A stretch of 59,726 bases of DNA, filler included, from Sphacelaria rigidula (taxonomy: Eukaryota), in the NCBI GenBank assembly GCA_964200075.2. It is 6 parts of 6 records of this genome, joined end to end, with 100 filler letters (N's around TTAATTAATTAA, not from the genome) between each part and the next. Parts side by side here need not be neighbours in the genome. Positions count along the whole stretch, not along the records: positions 9,973 to 19,844 come from CAXNAA020007584.1; positions 19,945 to 29,815 come from CAXNAA020007585.1; 4 more parts are not named here. One strand, given 5' to 3'. The notes beneath the pieces were generated by a model. That model was not told where the DNA came from, did no database searches, and saw only the letters and a list, made by a program, of their open reading frames with translations. Positions 11,492 to 24,538 of this stretch are shown piece after piece. The translations under genes and the position numbers were made by a program. The first letter of the stretch is position 1. The number at the start of each line of letters is the position of its first letter.

Positions 11492-14230
11492 TCGAGTACT
11501 GGGGGTGGGGTTGAAAGTGCGCCGAGGAAAGAAAACAAAGCTCGCCAAACGAAACATGGTCTTGCCGCAACGCCCAGTACTTCCAACTTCGCCATGTTTC
11601 TGCTTCCCAACACAACATGTGCCATCGCGTGTCACCCACTTCAGAATGCATGCACCCTCGTTTTCTGTCAACTTTTGTCGATCTTTTTTTTTTCCCTTAT
11701 TCATGCATGATGCTTCAGAGCTATTAGTTTTGAACAGCTACATTTGCGGGAGAGATGTTGCGCAAACCGATTGGAAAAGCTTTGTGCAAAACGGTTTTGC
11801 GCGACAATTAAACCGTTCTACTTTTTGCCGCCGATTTCTATGGAACAAGACGAATCGGCCGATACATCTGTCGCGTGATAGGCTTGTTGTTTGGACGGAG
11901 CCGCTTCCGACTCGACGGCGCTGCTCTGACATCACTGTACTGTGGGAGCCAAGACTGCCGATGACTCGTCCGCACACAGATAGAGATGACCGAAAACGAT
12001 ACTGCTGAACTGGATGCGCTGGATATTAAGCACGTTCTTACCTTAGTTACAATGTAATGCATGGAGGATTCAAGATCTTCGAGCTCCGACGAATCAAACG
12101 AACTATGCTTGTGTAAAGCAGCCGGTATGAAGATGCACGCCGTCCGCGTGCATGAGATCCAGTGGGGCCAGGTACGCATGCAAGGTTGATTATTTTCCCG
12201 TTCTGCACCTCTTTCCCTCATACATATCATACCAGGCACACGACAGGAAATACTTACATGATACGTACACAAGGTGACGCCGAGGTGACACGGCAATCTC
12301 CAAGCTTCCACGCAGGAAGAGTTTTCGTGAACAACAAGCTGTTATCATGTGTCACTAGTTGCCGTATTCGTATCAAGAAAATGCGGGCGGTCAAGCTTGA
12401 GAACGTGCTGGCACTGTAGGTCCACACACCAGAAGATTGACAGAAGCGGAACCATTCTTGGCCGCGTACCTGGAGTGGTCGGCATTTGAATCATCGCCAA
12501 CGCTACTACAAGTGGATTATATGCCGAAGAAAGCACAACACGACGGGCTGACCTCCTCTATAGGAACTGCCGACGAACAAATGACAGCACTGAACGAATA
12601 GTTTACTCATGATAATGCCGGGTACGTCGGAGTTTATTCATCACATCGGTGGTCTGCACACTTCTTGCGCTGCACGGCTCACTGACTGGACAGCACCTGC
12701 ATGCCGCAAATACGGTGCCAAAAAATGTGTCGTTCTGAACGGGGTGAGACGTGAATTGCTTGTAGCGTACCTTGGCTAATTAAATTATGATATGTTCGTA
12801 CAGAAGTCTCTTTTTCAGGACGTAGTAGCATCTTTGGCATAACTTGACGTCTAGGGTGCCTTGCACTACACAGTTGATGATGCGACAAACTGCGATACTC
12901 GGCTTTGACGTAAATTGAAGCCGTCAGCACACCGTGATAGGCGATCGACGGATGACCGACTTTCACTTATTGGTTCGAAGAAGTTTTTTTCTCGCATCGC
13001 CAACGCCACAGGACGGACAGGATCAGTGACTTTTACAACATCGCTGCCCTCGGCGAACGGTAGGTTGGTCTCCACCTGATGCCTTCTGTGCGGTCAAACT
13101 GGTGCTATGGGAACATCCCGTGGTAGTGTGATTGGTTATCTTGGCGCGGCCAGGTATGGGGGCAGTAGAAAGTCCTGCTCCCGTTATGAAATCGATGTGC
13201 CCCCCATTCGTGCGCCCCTCGAAAACCTCACTTATTCCGTTTGCGGGGGGTATCTGCTTCGGCCATGCGCCGTGTCATATCACGCAAGCACGGAAATATG
13301 GTGCATCTGAGTGCATTTTTTATCATAGCTTCCTGAACCATCTAGCCAAAGCTAAACACACGTTGGGAAAGGTTCCTGCGGAGAGGGTGCCTGTATACTC
13401 CGAGTGTGCGTAACTCATCGACTGCCATCATGGTTTCTCAAGTTGTGGTAAGTCAGGAGATGGGTTCATCAACGTTGCAACAAAAACAGTCTCATCGCAC
13501 GAGTGATCCATCTCACGCTAATTGTGATGCCTAACCGTGCCGATGTTCACGCGAATTGGCAGCGCGAAACACGGACCCTGTTCGGCGATTGGGCCAGTCA
13601 GCTAAGGTGACGTTTACACCGAGCTTTGGAGTCTTCCCAGCACTGCTCCGGCATGTCAACTGAGGTTAGAGTACGTACACGAAGGGTTGCCAGTACCTTA
13701 CATTGCTGTTTCCGTCTGTGTCGTATTTTGTTTGCGCGTACGTGGTTCTGCCGCCGTACGGTACTTACGCTGTATCCGTGACTTGTGCTAAGGTACGTGT
13801 CTCTTCGTACCCAATTCAGTCCTGATGACACCACAGCTATTCCACCTGATCTTGATCTACGGCAGTACTACGGTTTTTTGGCGGGAACACGGACAAAGCA
13901 GGTCACTTGAGCCGCATCACACTCTCTCGATGGTAGAAATGGTTTCCACCGCTGCGCATGGTACCTAAAATGCATGGTCTTGAGTTCGTCGCGCATCAAC
14001 GTCAGTATTGTAGACAAATGCCGCCCCCACAAGAAATAGTTCTACAGCGTAACACCGCCCTGTTCGCCACAGTACGATAATAACGCGTCGTAAACTTGTA
14101 GCGTGGAGAAGGCGTTTTTTTTTGCAGGCGTCTCCACCCAAGCCTTCGACAACCTGCTGAGGCAAAACAACTGGTGCTCAACCCGTGGGCTTCATTGCTA
14201 CCTCGACTATTGTACGGCCGTGTCTGTCAG

Positions 14231-17200
14231 GGTAACTCGCCCACCCTAGGTCGGGGGGGATCAAAACCAGACCTCGGAGTTGACACCAATGCACCCCAGC
14301 GTGACCTGCTGCTGGCCCTCGAACGTCGGGAAATCGTTGAAGTGCGCAACGCGATGTCGCGCATTCCTGAAGGCAAACAAAAAGCCGTACTCCTCGCACC
14401 CAGGTATGCACATGTTGGTTATTCATGTTGTGAGACCTCCCGCGTCCACCTCCTCGGCGTTTCATGGAATAAGCTGTACAAATTTGAACGAGGCCCATTA
14501 TTATTCGATATATATATATATATATGTTTTCTAAGATAAGTTCTCAAATTTAGGAGAGCTGCCAGCGGTTCATTAATATCAAGATCTGCTGTTGCTGTTG
14601 GATATCTCATATTGCGGACATAGTGCTGATCTCGTCATTTGTTTGCCTTCGCCGGCAGAATGAAGACAGGATGATGCTGCCTGCCCATGTATGGCGTTCA
14701 TAATTGCGGTAAATATCTTTGTCGCAACTTCTTTATGAAATGGGGGGGCAGTCGAAAAGACGAGGACGTGATCGACCGGTTCTCCCGGAATGCAGCAGCA
14801 GCAGCACACACACATACATACACACAAAAAAAAAAACTGTAAAAAACCCCGTCCAAAGATTGCAGCATGCTTGCTTTCTGCGAGTTGTATGCGCAGCTAC
14901 ATACACCTACTACACCGCCAGCTATAGGCTTCACAGATGGTGCGGTAGCGTACACTCGTAGCAGCACAGTAGGCAAGCAGGTAGCTACTGGGTCGCCAAT
15001 GCTCTTCACTTCGAAAGTGCAAATGTCCGCAAACGGCGACCGCCGTGCTTGACCCCAACAACAGCCCCACCACCGCTGCCGACACACACACCATCTAAGA
15101 AGACGGACACCGCCAACCCACGGTGCTTTTTACTCTACGACATGACCTAGGGTGTCACTGGCAAGGTTCCGGACGATGCTTGTACGCGTGCGGGCGCCAC
15201 AGCGTGCGCCAAGGGCAGCTCTGTGGAGTGTTGCGCTGCGGTCCGAAATGTTCGGAGTTCTCCCACAAGTATCGTGAAGGTTCGCGTGAAGGTTCGCAGC
15301 AAAAATCTAGCCGCCTCATTTTCGGAGAACACAAAGCGCCAGATCCGAAAACGCCTAAAATCTTGGTGATCTCCGAAAAAACTGTATCGACGAAAAAGGC
15401 CCTAAACACTACTAACGATCACGCCTCTCCAATTGTCTTCCGTGACTGCCTCTGGTGTCGAACCGTCACAACAGCAAGAAACCCCAACACAAACTTCGAA
15501 CACCCCTCATGGCTGCTACGGCGACAGGGGATATCGCAATATTAGGTAAGTCATTCGACGCTTCCGAGAATGTGTGGGAGGGTCAAGAAGGCAACGAAAA
15601 AAGGCAGCAATAAACAGACCTATGAAGGCCCATAATCATTGACACCGTTTTTTTCGAGGTCTCCGAAAAATTCGGACGTCGATGGCAACTAATAATGAAG
15701 CTCGAAAGCGTGTGAGCGCCACGGCGCATGCACGGGGCAGCTCTCTGAAGTGCTGGGTTGCAGTCTTAATTTTTCAGACTTGTCCAAAAATGAAGGTTCG
15801 GAGAACAGATCAAGCCGCTTCATCGTTGGAAAAGCTCGAACGCAGAGTCCGACATATCTGGAAAATTCGGAGGTCCCCGAAACACAGTGTCGATAATAAT
15901 GGGCCTACAACATGAAAATAATGAAATAATGAGCTGGATGAATCTGTATATCACTAAGTCCAATAGTCGACTCTCCTCTGTCTATTTCGGCACCAACACA
16001 CATTATAACCGCTTTGAGCCGATTCTCTCACAGTGCCACCAATTACGTCTTTGAGCTCAGCAGCCTTCACTGTGATCTTGCGCCGTACCCATCTATAAAT
16101 GAAACAGGTGCCGTGTTGGACGGCTTCAACAGGCTATTTCGACCAGAGGACAATGTAAGTGATTATGCGAAGATACGCAGTGTCTTCTGGTGCATCTGGT
16201 GTACTTTGTGGATGATGTTCGTTCCTAGGTGGTGTCATACGTTTGACGCGTCCGAGATTTGCGCTTCTTCATATTTGTCATGCAGGGTCCGCACTTCTGT
16301 ATGTTTAAACCGTGAATTATTGATACGTAGCACGTGCTTCACGTTATGTCCTTATTAAACAATGACAGCCGTAGGCCGGGGTTGTCTACTATCAGCCAAC
16401 TCTTTGCCGCGAAACAGGTTGTTGAGGGCGTGCCGCAGTGGTTGTCATCATGCGCGAAGCCCACAGCGACACCGTACGCTGGGGTGCCAAAGGTGATGAT
16501 GACTGACGAGGAGTTTGTTCTTTGGGTACGTTTGGACAAGGACAGGATGATCGACAGGCGACAAAGCTGAGGAAGGATAGGAACAAGGCGATGCTTCAAC
16601 AGCTGGAGTTGGTCGATATTGCTGGCATTGACCTACTCATGCTCGCTGCGTCGACCGCCAGCGTAGCCGTCTTCACCGCTGTGACCCAAGAAATCCGACC
16701 CGGACAGGTGATGTCGCGCTTTCTGCATTTCCGCTCAGTTAGGCAAAACAATTTGAACATAGTTTGAAGAGTATCGCTGCTTCGGCGCAGCGCATTACCA
16801 TTATTTGTATACCTTGTGTGCCACCTTTGCAGCGGCAACTACATCCCAGCCTCAAACACGGTACGGTAGGTGGGACTATGCAAACGTGTGGGCGTGTCCG
16901 TCCGGATTTCTCACGTCTGACTAGTTGACTCTCACTGACTGTCAGGTGCTGCACAGAACACCGTCGCGTCCTCCGCTGACACCCGCCTTCTCTCTCACAG
17001 TTGCGGAAGATACTCAAGAAACAGGACGTCGGCGGGATGACATTTTTGATGCATGCTGTCAACCCAGAAGGGGGAGCCGCCGGTTCCATTGTTTCAGGGA
17101 TGCAGCCCCCCTCAGAGGCGGGGATGCTTAACGAGGCCCAAACCCAACGCCGTGGTCCTGCCCCGTCACCAGCACATCGAGCACCCTTTGCGTCGGGTGC

Positions 17201-19629
17201 GAGCTTGTATGGCATTCTCGAGGATGGTGCGGCTCCATCGGTGGTTGGCAAGGACACTTTCTCGACTCATGTCGCCAGTCCCTGGGTGCCGGTGGTCAGG
17301 AGCGTCTTGGAGTTCGCCAGGAAAAGCCTGTGGATGGCCGAAGTACGTGCAGCGAACGCGAACCACGAAGCCTCGTAGGAACAGTGGTCCCAAAACACGC
17401 CCGAAATCCTCAATTTTCCATGACAGCTCGTGTCTATACTGGAAAAGAGTTTCACCTGGGGCCACTTATACACGTGCATGCCAGTACATATTAGGAGGCG
17501 AGTAGTATAAATCTACGGTCCTCACCGGTGCCTTCGCGATCTGTGAGTTCAGTCCAAGGCGTTTCGGCTCAACACCATGGATTAGCCGTAACATGGCCCA
17601 TTAATGCTCAAGGTAAACAGCCTTCCTCGCGACAGTACTATAGTGGTGGCGTGTGTCGCGTCGCGTGCTTGCGTAATCTTTAATTCAGATGATGAGTGGA
17701 CGGACACTCGCCCAAGTCGCTCCCAGGAAGTCACAGTAAGAAGAATGTCCGGATGACTCTCGTCGGAAATGCTGAAACCCCAAGCTGAACCCCGACTTCG
17801 ACTGGAATGCTTTCAGTATCGAGCGTTGCTGCAGACGAGGGACTCTTGGAACCGAAGCATCATGGAGCACTCCGTCGTTTCTGGGCGGGACGTAGTCTTC
17901 GAGGCGGTGTTCGACGCCATTCGAAACGACATTTTTGACGAAGAGGTATGACACATTCTGATTATCCACAGCCGTCAAAGCGACAGGCCTTTGCCATACA
18001 CGAATCCACTTCATGTAATTGACGTCGACAAAGTTGTATTTTTGAGCGGGATCCGTAAGATTTGGTCTTGTTTCTTTCCACAGCAAAATAGAGAATCAAA
18101 GGCAGCTCGAGGTTAGCTGCACCGACGGAACCCGTCGGATTGATATGGCTAGCATGCAAGGATACTTCAAAGTAGAACCGTGAGCATCCTGTCTATTGTA
18201 GCATTCGACGAGGGAGCACACTTCTTCCCTCAACAGACCAACACACTCTGTGACAAGAAATATTTGATTGTATGGAATCGCAAGGAATAGCAAGGTTTGA
18301 AACTACAGTGGTTGAAGCCCCTCACTGTGCGCACTTCCGGTTGCTCCGTATGTTCGCTGTCGTGGTCGTCAACTGCTAGATCGAAGTCATGCTGGATCCG
18401 GGCGAAGACACAGACTACGAACAGTCACCCATGAGGACCGCGCTGAACACTGCCGGGGGCAGCAAGGTCTTCAACCTGGTCGGTAGCAAGACGCGTCACC
18501 TAAAGGTTCGTAGTTTCGTATGGAATTATATATTGACGGGCCTTTAAAATGCGTTTTACATTATTTGCGGGTACCACGTTCGTTTCACGTGCTTCGCATT
18601 TTCAAGCTGACTGCTTTGGTACCGCTGCGCTGCAACAGGATCCGAACCTGCCGAGCACAATAGCACCAGTTCCTCATGTGAGGCTGGACTAAGCCAAGGT
18701 TTCGGAGAATCGGCGGAGCTGTATGTTTTGCTGTTCTAATCCTGACCCTTACCCTGAACTATTTTCCTGAAGCGCAATTGTGTGCTACATTTGCTTTTCG
18801 CAGAAAGATGTCCAGTTCCGAACCGAGGCGTCGACCGTCTCATCCAAAATTCAAGCCTTCATTCCGGGCAACCTTATCGTTGTGAGTATTATTGTTAGTC
18901 CCAGGAGTGAGCAATACATAGACGCTCGTTTACTTAGGTCCATTGTTATCAACACTATTTTTCTGAGATCTCCGAGATGATTCTCGAATGCTTGTAAGCG
19001 CCACGGGGTATTCACAGGGCAGCTCTTCGAAGTGCTGCGTCGCACTCTGAGTTTTTCGACCTTCTCCAAAAATTCAGCTTCGGAGAAAAATCAAGCCGGC
19101 TCATTCTCGGAATAGTCTGAACGCCAGTCCGACAACTCTGACAATTTCTGAGATCTCTGAAAAAAACAGTGCTGATAATGACGCGCCTTAGCTGAACGCC
19201 GACATGCACGTAGTGGCTTCTGCTTGTACTCGTGACCTAAACCATCCTAGGGAACACAAATGCCACCGTTTCAAGATCCGCTCGGGCCATCTCCAGGGAT
19301 GCCCGTGAAGCAGAAAGTACGTAGTTTACGCGGCGCGCAGGTATTACCTCCCACTACCGGTGTGTCTTGACGCCCGCGCGTGTCGGTGACACGACACACA
19401 GTACACACATAAGCGTATGCACTGTTTGGCGCCTATTGCCCTGGGAGCCTGAAACTGTCGCAATTGTTTTTGTTACGCAGATCTTTCAACTTGTTCTCCC
19501 GGAGTTTAACGAGACGAGCCAAGCCCCACTTGCGCTACTCCTACTGCTGTGTTTTATGGCGCCGTTCTGGGCGTGGGGCGCAAGCCTCGTGCAACAAACG
19601 CACCCTGAACGCGCTTCTACAATGCCCAG
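14231..19629 (+). CDS. Partial multi-exon gene: divergent ankyrin-like repeat protein with a C-terminal transmembrane region (possibly DMP/DUF679-like)
   Basis: Ten GT-AG exons in consistent phase: 14231-14403, 15475-15545, 16108-16154, 16418-16492, 16546 (or 16558)-16707, 17001-17342, 17817-17945, 18380-18505, 18804-18881, 19481-19629. Ankyrin-like motifs: RTPLMAATATGDIAIL, DIAGIDLLMLAAS, DVGGMTFLMHAV, DSWNRSIMEHSVVSG, QSPMRTAL. These are followed by the hydrophobic AFIPGNLIVIFQLVLP and LALLLLLCFMAPFWAWG. Start and stop were not found. Confidence 0.8.
15627..15905. mobile_element. Tourist-like (PIF/Harbinger) MITE, intronic
   Basis: About 45-bp imperfect TIR GGCCCATAATCATTGACACCG / CAGTGTCGATAATAATGGGCC. 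Homologous to 18937-19187 and to a partial copy at about 15175-15402. Confidence 0.75.
18937..19187. mobile_element. Tourist-like MITE with TTA target-site duplication, intronic
   Basis: TTA|GGTCCATTGTTATCAACACT ... AGTGCTGATAATGACGCGCC|TTA. Confidence 0.8.
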
Positions 19630-19844
19630 GTGTGATGCTGGCGAGAATCATATATATGCTTGTCGTCCGACATTTTGCGGTAACATAGACTACAGAGGGG
19701 GTCCCACCACGGTTTGGTCTCTCAAACTAGTACTATATCCGTGAGATTCAGCGTGTAACGTGGATTTCAGAGTGAGACCCGAAACAATCGACTTTCCTGT
19801 CGATTTTGACATCGCCACAGTTCGAGGAGAAATGCGCCCAGCTG

Positions 19845-19944
19845 NNNNNNNNNNNNNNNNNNNNNNNNNNNNNNNNNNNNNNNNNNNNTTAATTAATTAA
19901 NNNNNNNNNNNNNNNNNNNNNNNNNNNNNNNNNNNNNNNNNNNN
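19845..19944. other. Artificial contig linker
   Basis: Same N44-TTAATTAATTAA-N44 structure. Confidence 0.98.
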
Positions 19945-21238
19945 TTTTAATCCTCCGGGTTCTCATCCTCAATGAAAAGCACCATCCTCAACATAGATGA
20001 TTGGCTGTTTATACCTCGTGTGCATGCCCCCTGTGAGCTGGTCAGAGTATCTACTCGGTTTTGGCGCTAACACGTCGAGTTTCTGTTCCAAGTTGTCGCT
20101 TCGACTCTGGACGTGGCACATAGTTGAAAGGCGCACGTACATGTGGCGCATAGAAGCTCGCACGTCGTTTTCGTTTGGCTTCGAGTTAGCATTGGCTTCT
20201 AGTTAGAATGCGCGTGACCCGGCACCGCAGTCTTGTGGGACCATGAAATATGAATTCGCAACACGGCCCGCCGGGTGCACTTTGAAGCAAGTCCAACCGA
20301 GTGCTATCAGGTGCACGGTCACCTCCACCGACCACCCCATAACATGCAAAGCGTGCTGCAAAACGAAAGCACCGTCAACTAACGTCAAACACCAGCATCA
20401 TGCCCAACACCCTCATCGAGGCAGTCGATGATGCAACCCACGGGGCATTAAAATTTGGGGGGGGGGGAAATGCGAGGTCCCTTCTGTCCACACGACACGC
20501 AGGTGATGCTAAGAGGGCATGTTACATTTAGCGCGGCATGATCTGATTCGCCATTTTAAATCGCTGCTCCAAGCTCGTGTGAAGAAGGGATGATACCTGA
20601 CAGAGAGTTGTGAGTTTTCCTCCCCTTGCACATGGTCATGTCCACACGCGCGCACGATCTCAACAACGCAAAATCTCACGTCTAAGGCATGAATCACCTC
20701 ACCAAAACGGCATCGATGAACGAACTCTTCATAGAGACACCACAGTTCCGGCCTCGACAGCTAAACTTCGTCCGGTGTTCATTTTCTCATTTTCACACAG
20801 GGAAACTTTAAGCGATAGCGGGTTCCGCTTTTGACAAGCAATAAAAAGTACTGTATTAGATTTACTCGCCACACAAGCTCGAAGCCCCTTCCCCGCCCCG
20901 CGCGCTTCTGCCATCGCGCCACATACACATAATCAAAACCACACGTGCCCACCACCACCACCCCTTATCGATACAAATTGAACAACTCCGTGGGGGAAAA
21001 CACAAAAACAGCACACGTGCTCATCAAAGGGTATAAAAAAAAAGCACTCGAGAGAATCTCGACAAGCCTGCTGAACAGCAGCGAAAACGCATTAGACACC
21101 AAGCTACCCCCCCCCCGTGCACCCCATCCTGTCCTCCCCGCACACGCCCTAGCGTCATCTCCTGCCGACAAGTATCTCCGTGCTCCGACCGCTCCCGAAT
21201 CAAAGCAGATATGATCAGTACTACAAGACACGATGAAA

Positions 21239-24200
21239 TCAGACGCCACCGGTTCCTGGAGGCGGGAACCTCGCAAACTGCTGCTGCCACGGTGCGCCCA
21301 TAGCACCCTGCTAGACATTCACCAAGACGATCAAGGTAAAAAAAAAAGGGGGGGTTCAAGGCGGGAAGGCGGGAAGGCGGTGATGCGTGCGTCAACATCA
21401 TACCGGAGTAGCAGATGAGCAGCAAATTTGATAGATTGTCGCACTTTAACAGACCCCCCAGGGGTCCAGGCGTGGTCTCATGATAGACGTGGGTGTAGAG
21501 GTTTGTGGAGAATCGACATTTGATTGTATAAGTGTGCGCTGCAGGTTGTCGACAACAATGTGTAGACGTAGCCCAAGCTTGTTAGAAAACGCAACACACA
21601 TATGGCATCGTCGTGGGACACAAGTAAAACATTTTCTTTGCACAGCCCACGGCATTGCCGGGGTGCCTTCATACCCGATTCAAACCCACGAAATAACAGC
21701 GAGGATGTGTGGTCAACAGCGTAAGATAAGTGAGAGACAAACGATATATCCCCCTCGACGCTTCTGAACGAATAAATCAACACGTCCATTTGTTAGCATT
21801 GACAGTCCATCATAAAACCTGATTCTTTGAGTACGTCAAAGAAAGTTGTCGTGAGATCGAGAGTTCAGAGACCGATTGAGAGTGAGAAGCAGTCAATTAA
21901 CAAATCGGACATTTTCAGTTCCGAAATGCCCCTCCGGGCCTTATACGAGGCCCGATACGCTCTCTGTAGTAATTTGCGACTGAAGCCTTTGACAGCCCTG
22001 AGTAATAATTGGCATCTAGCTGTGAACACACGATAGTGTTCCAGGCAAATAAAACTACACACATAAATGAAAAAATGGTCAAGTGAGAGCGAATGATGAG
22101 AATCATTCTCAATCACCGCCAGATTCAATCTCACGACAACTTTGTCATCACTAATTACATGTTCATTAGATTCTTGTAGCTTGTGTCTGCCCCTCCCCCC
22201 CCTCTTCCCCCACGATTTCTGGAAGACCCTCACATGCGATCCTGTTCGCCCTATGCCTTGCGCGCCTATCCCGAAGCCCCCGACCCCTACGCCTTGCGCG
22301 TCTGCTCCCATCTGGGCCATCGGGGCCGGATGCATGGGTGGGGAAGTCGGGGGCATCGCCCTGGTTGTTGAACCCCCACCCCCCGCCGGGGCGCTGTCGA
22401 AGACTCCCATACCCAGTAGGTCGTCTGGCTGTGTTGAAGCGAACATCAAAATGAGGGAAGGACAAATGGTCCGTGCACACAGGGGGAGTGGTTGCAGCGA
22501 TTCGAAGTGGCACTGCGTTACCAGGTGGCGGGTTTTCGCGGCAGGTGACTACAGGTGTTGTAGGTTGAACGGGGTGATGGCACGAGTTGAGCGTACAAAA
22601 ATACGTGGCTGGCGTGAAAGCTTGCGGGAAACAAACGTGCGCGAACAGTCTACCATTTCATGCTTTCAGATTTTGATACAAATCTTGGTGGAAATTTTTG
22701 AAAGTTCACTTGTTATTTACAAACTGTGTTAATTTGATGCGTCGAAATTATCGTCCCATCAGGATCTCAGTCTCTCGTAAAGGCAAGTTTTTCGGGGAAA
22801 TGTCATCTCCTTTCCCAGGACATCCAAATACAGGCAACATAACACGACGTCTTACCGCGCTGGAGTAACGTGAGAGTCTAAAACGGTCCATTAGCAAAGC
22901 AAGCATCAGCCTCCTGAATCACGGTCTGTGCCAGCAGGACCTCTGGTATTCTATCGTGCGGCCCGTTTCCTAGCATCGACGGAACACCATCTCTGCGGCC
23001 AACAGTGAAGGCATCCGCTATCGTGTATTATATGTCCCCCATGCTCACCTCGCCTCGTGTTGCACCATTCCAACCAGGTATCCCCGCTTGTTGAGCCGCC
23101 CCTGCTCCACCACCGGGTCCCATGTTCAACAGGTCATCTCCCCCTCCACCTTAAAAGTGAATAGGAAAAAAATATACCGAGATGCGGTGAAGCAATTAGC
23201 ACACCGTGCACGAGATAATATTGCTGCAGTGACAAGCGTTCCCACTATGAGTAAGCTGGTCCTCCGATGATGGGCTTGGCGTCGACGACATCGTGAGCGT
23301 GCTTGTCCATTTTCTGCTGGGTGCAACCATGTATATGATCAATGTACTGAACGCAATGCGTCGAATCATCGAGCTTGCCTGTGATCGGGTTGCACCCGAA
23401 AGTCGGTCCGCCGTTGCGTGAATCGTGAGAAGTGGTGAGGGGGACATCCAGATTTCGATCAAGATCGACGAATATATTGTCGGACTTCAGCCCGGTAACT
23501 TACCGACGGAATACCGACCACGAGACACGTACATCGTTCAACGAAAGACCTCTGAATGCCGTCCGTCCTTGTCGTGACGGATCGGATGCAGGTGACCGCT
23601 ACGGATAATTCAGGGCACATATCCTCGGACATGTCCAGTGTAATGTACACGACCTCCCTCCTCCCGGTCCCCTCAGCCCGGCCCTCACTCGATAAAACGC
23701 ACTAGCGACTCCAAGAAGCGACTCACCAAGTCCTCCACTGTGGACTGGCTCCCGTGTTGTTGGTGGCGGTGGCACGTACTGCGGTGGATGGTGCTGATGT
23801 GGCTGATGGTGATGCTGTTGCTGTTGCTGTCGCATCTGCGGCGGCGGCGCCCCCTTCTCCCTCTCGTCCATCAATCGTGTGATCTTGGCCGTGAAAACGC
23901 CGTCACAAGCCGGCACTACTGCATCATCTTCCGTCATATCCACCCATACTGTTTCGTGCAAGCGTGTTCGACAAACGGTTCGAAAAGGTTGCACGTGAAG
24001 CGAGGGAAGGGATCACGACGACAAGAAACAGGGTAAAGATGATAGAGGACAGTAGCGCGAGGGATGAGAAATGGGCGGTAAAATATGGCGGGGATATATG
24101 TCGGGTGGAGAGACACCGACGGCGGTTGCATGGCTAGAACGTCCACCCCAGCGAGCGACAGGGCGAAGGAGAAAAGGAGGAGAGAGAGAGATAGAGGGAG

Positions 24201-24538
24201 AAAAGGAAGAAACTCTCGTAGATCGGAGTATAAAACCCGGTATCTCGTCTCCGCGTTCTCGGAAGTTTGTGTGAGTGACATCACCCAACGTGCACGCAAA
24301 GATATTTCCGTGCGAACTTTTTCGGGAAAAACTCACCGAACGCGTTCTTAAACTTCTTCTTGAAACGAAAGTGATACCGCCCCGGCAGAGGGAAGTGCCT
24401 CTTCACGTCCGTGCACCGCACCTCCCCGCTGCTCACGAGTCCGCTGGGAAGCTGGAACACGTTGGGGTGCGCCGGGTCATCGCCGTCAGAGGGGATAAAA
24501 TATCTGCAGGTTTTCCATCGTGCGGCGACGGCAACCAT
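21239..24538 (-). CDS. DIX (Dishevelled/Axin-like) domain protein with a Q/H/P/G-rich tail and two DDLL motifs, 262 aa
   Basis: Exons 24538-24337, 23948-23727, 23149-23049, 22428-22234 and 21307-21239 are all GT-AG, in phase, and run ATG to TGA (789 nt). The N-terminus CRYFIPSDGDDPAHPNVF...VRCTDVKRHFPLPGRYHFRFKKKFKNAF/VWVDMTEDDAVVPACDGVFTAKITRL fits the DIX pattern. Confidence 0.88.
21841..22144. mobile_element. About 300-bp MITE in the last intron of the DIX gene
   Basis: TIR AAAGTTGTCGTGAGAT / ATCTCACGACAACTTT. Homologous to 34073-34367. Confidence 0.8.

Noticed and set aside
11349..12008. 219-aa ORF
   Set aside because: It overlaps a dispersed repeat, has no recognisable domain and has an atypical composition; it is likely a chance ORF.
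22856..22877. 22-nt micro-exon in the DIX gene (TTTTAG...GTAAGA on the minus strand)
   Set aside because: Including it would shift the frame of the downstream DDLL exon; no support without RNA data.
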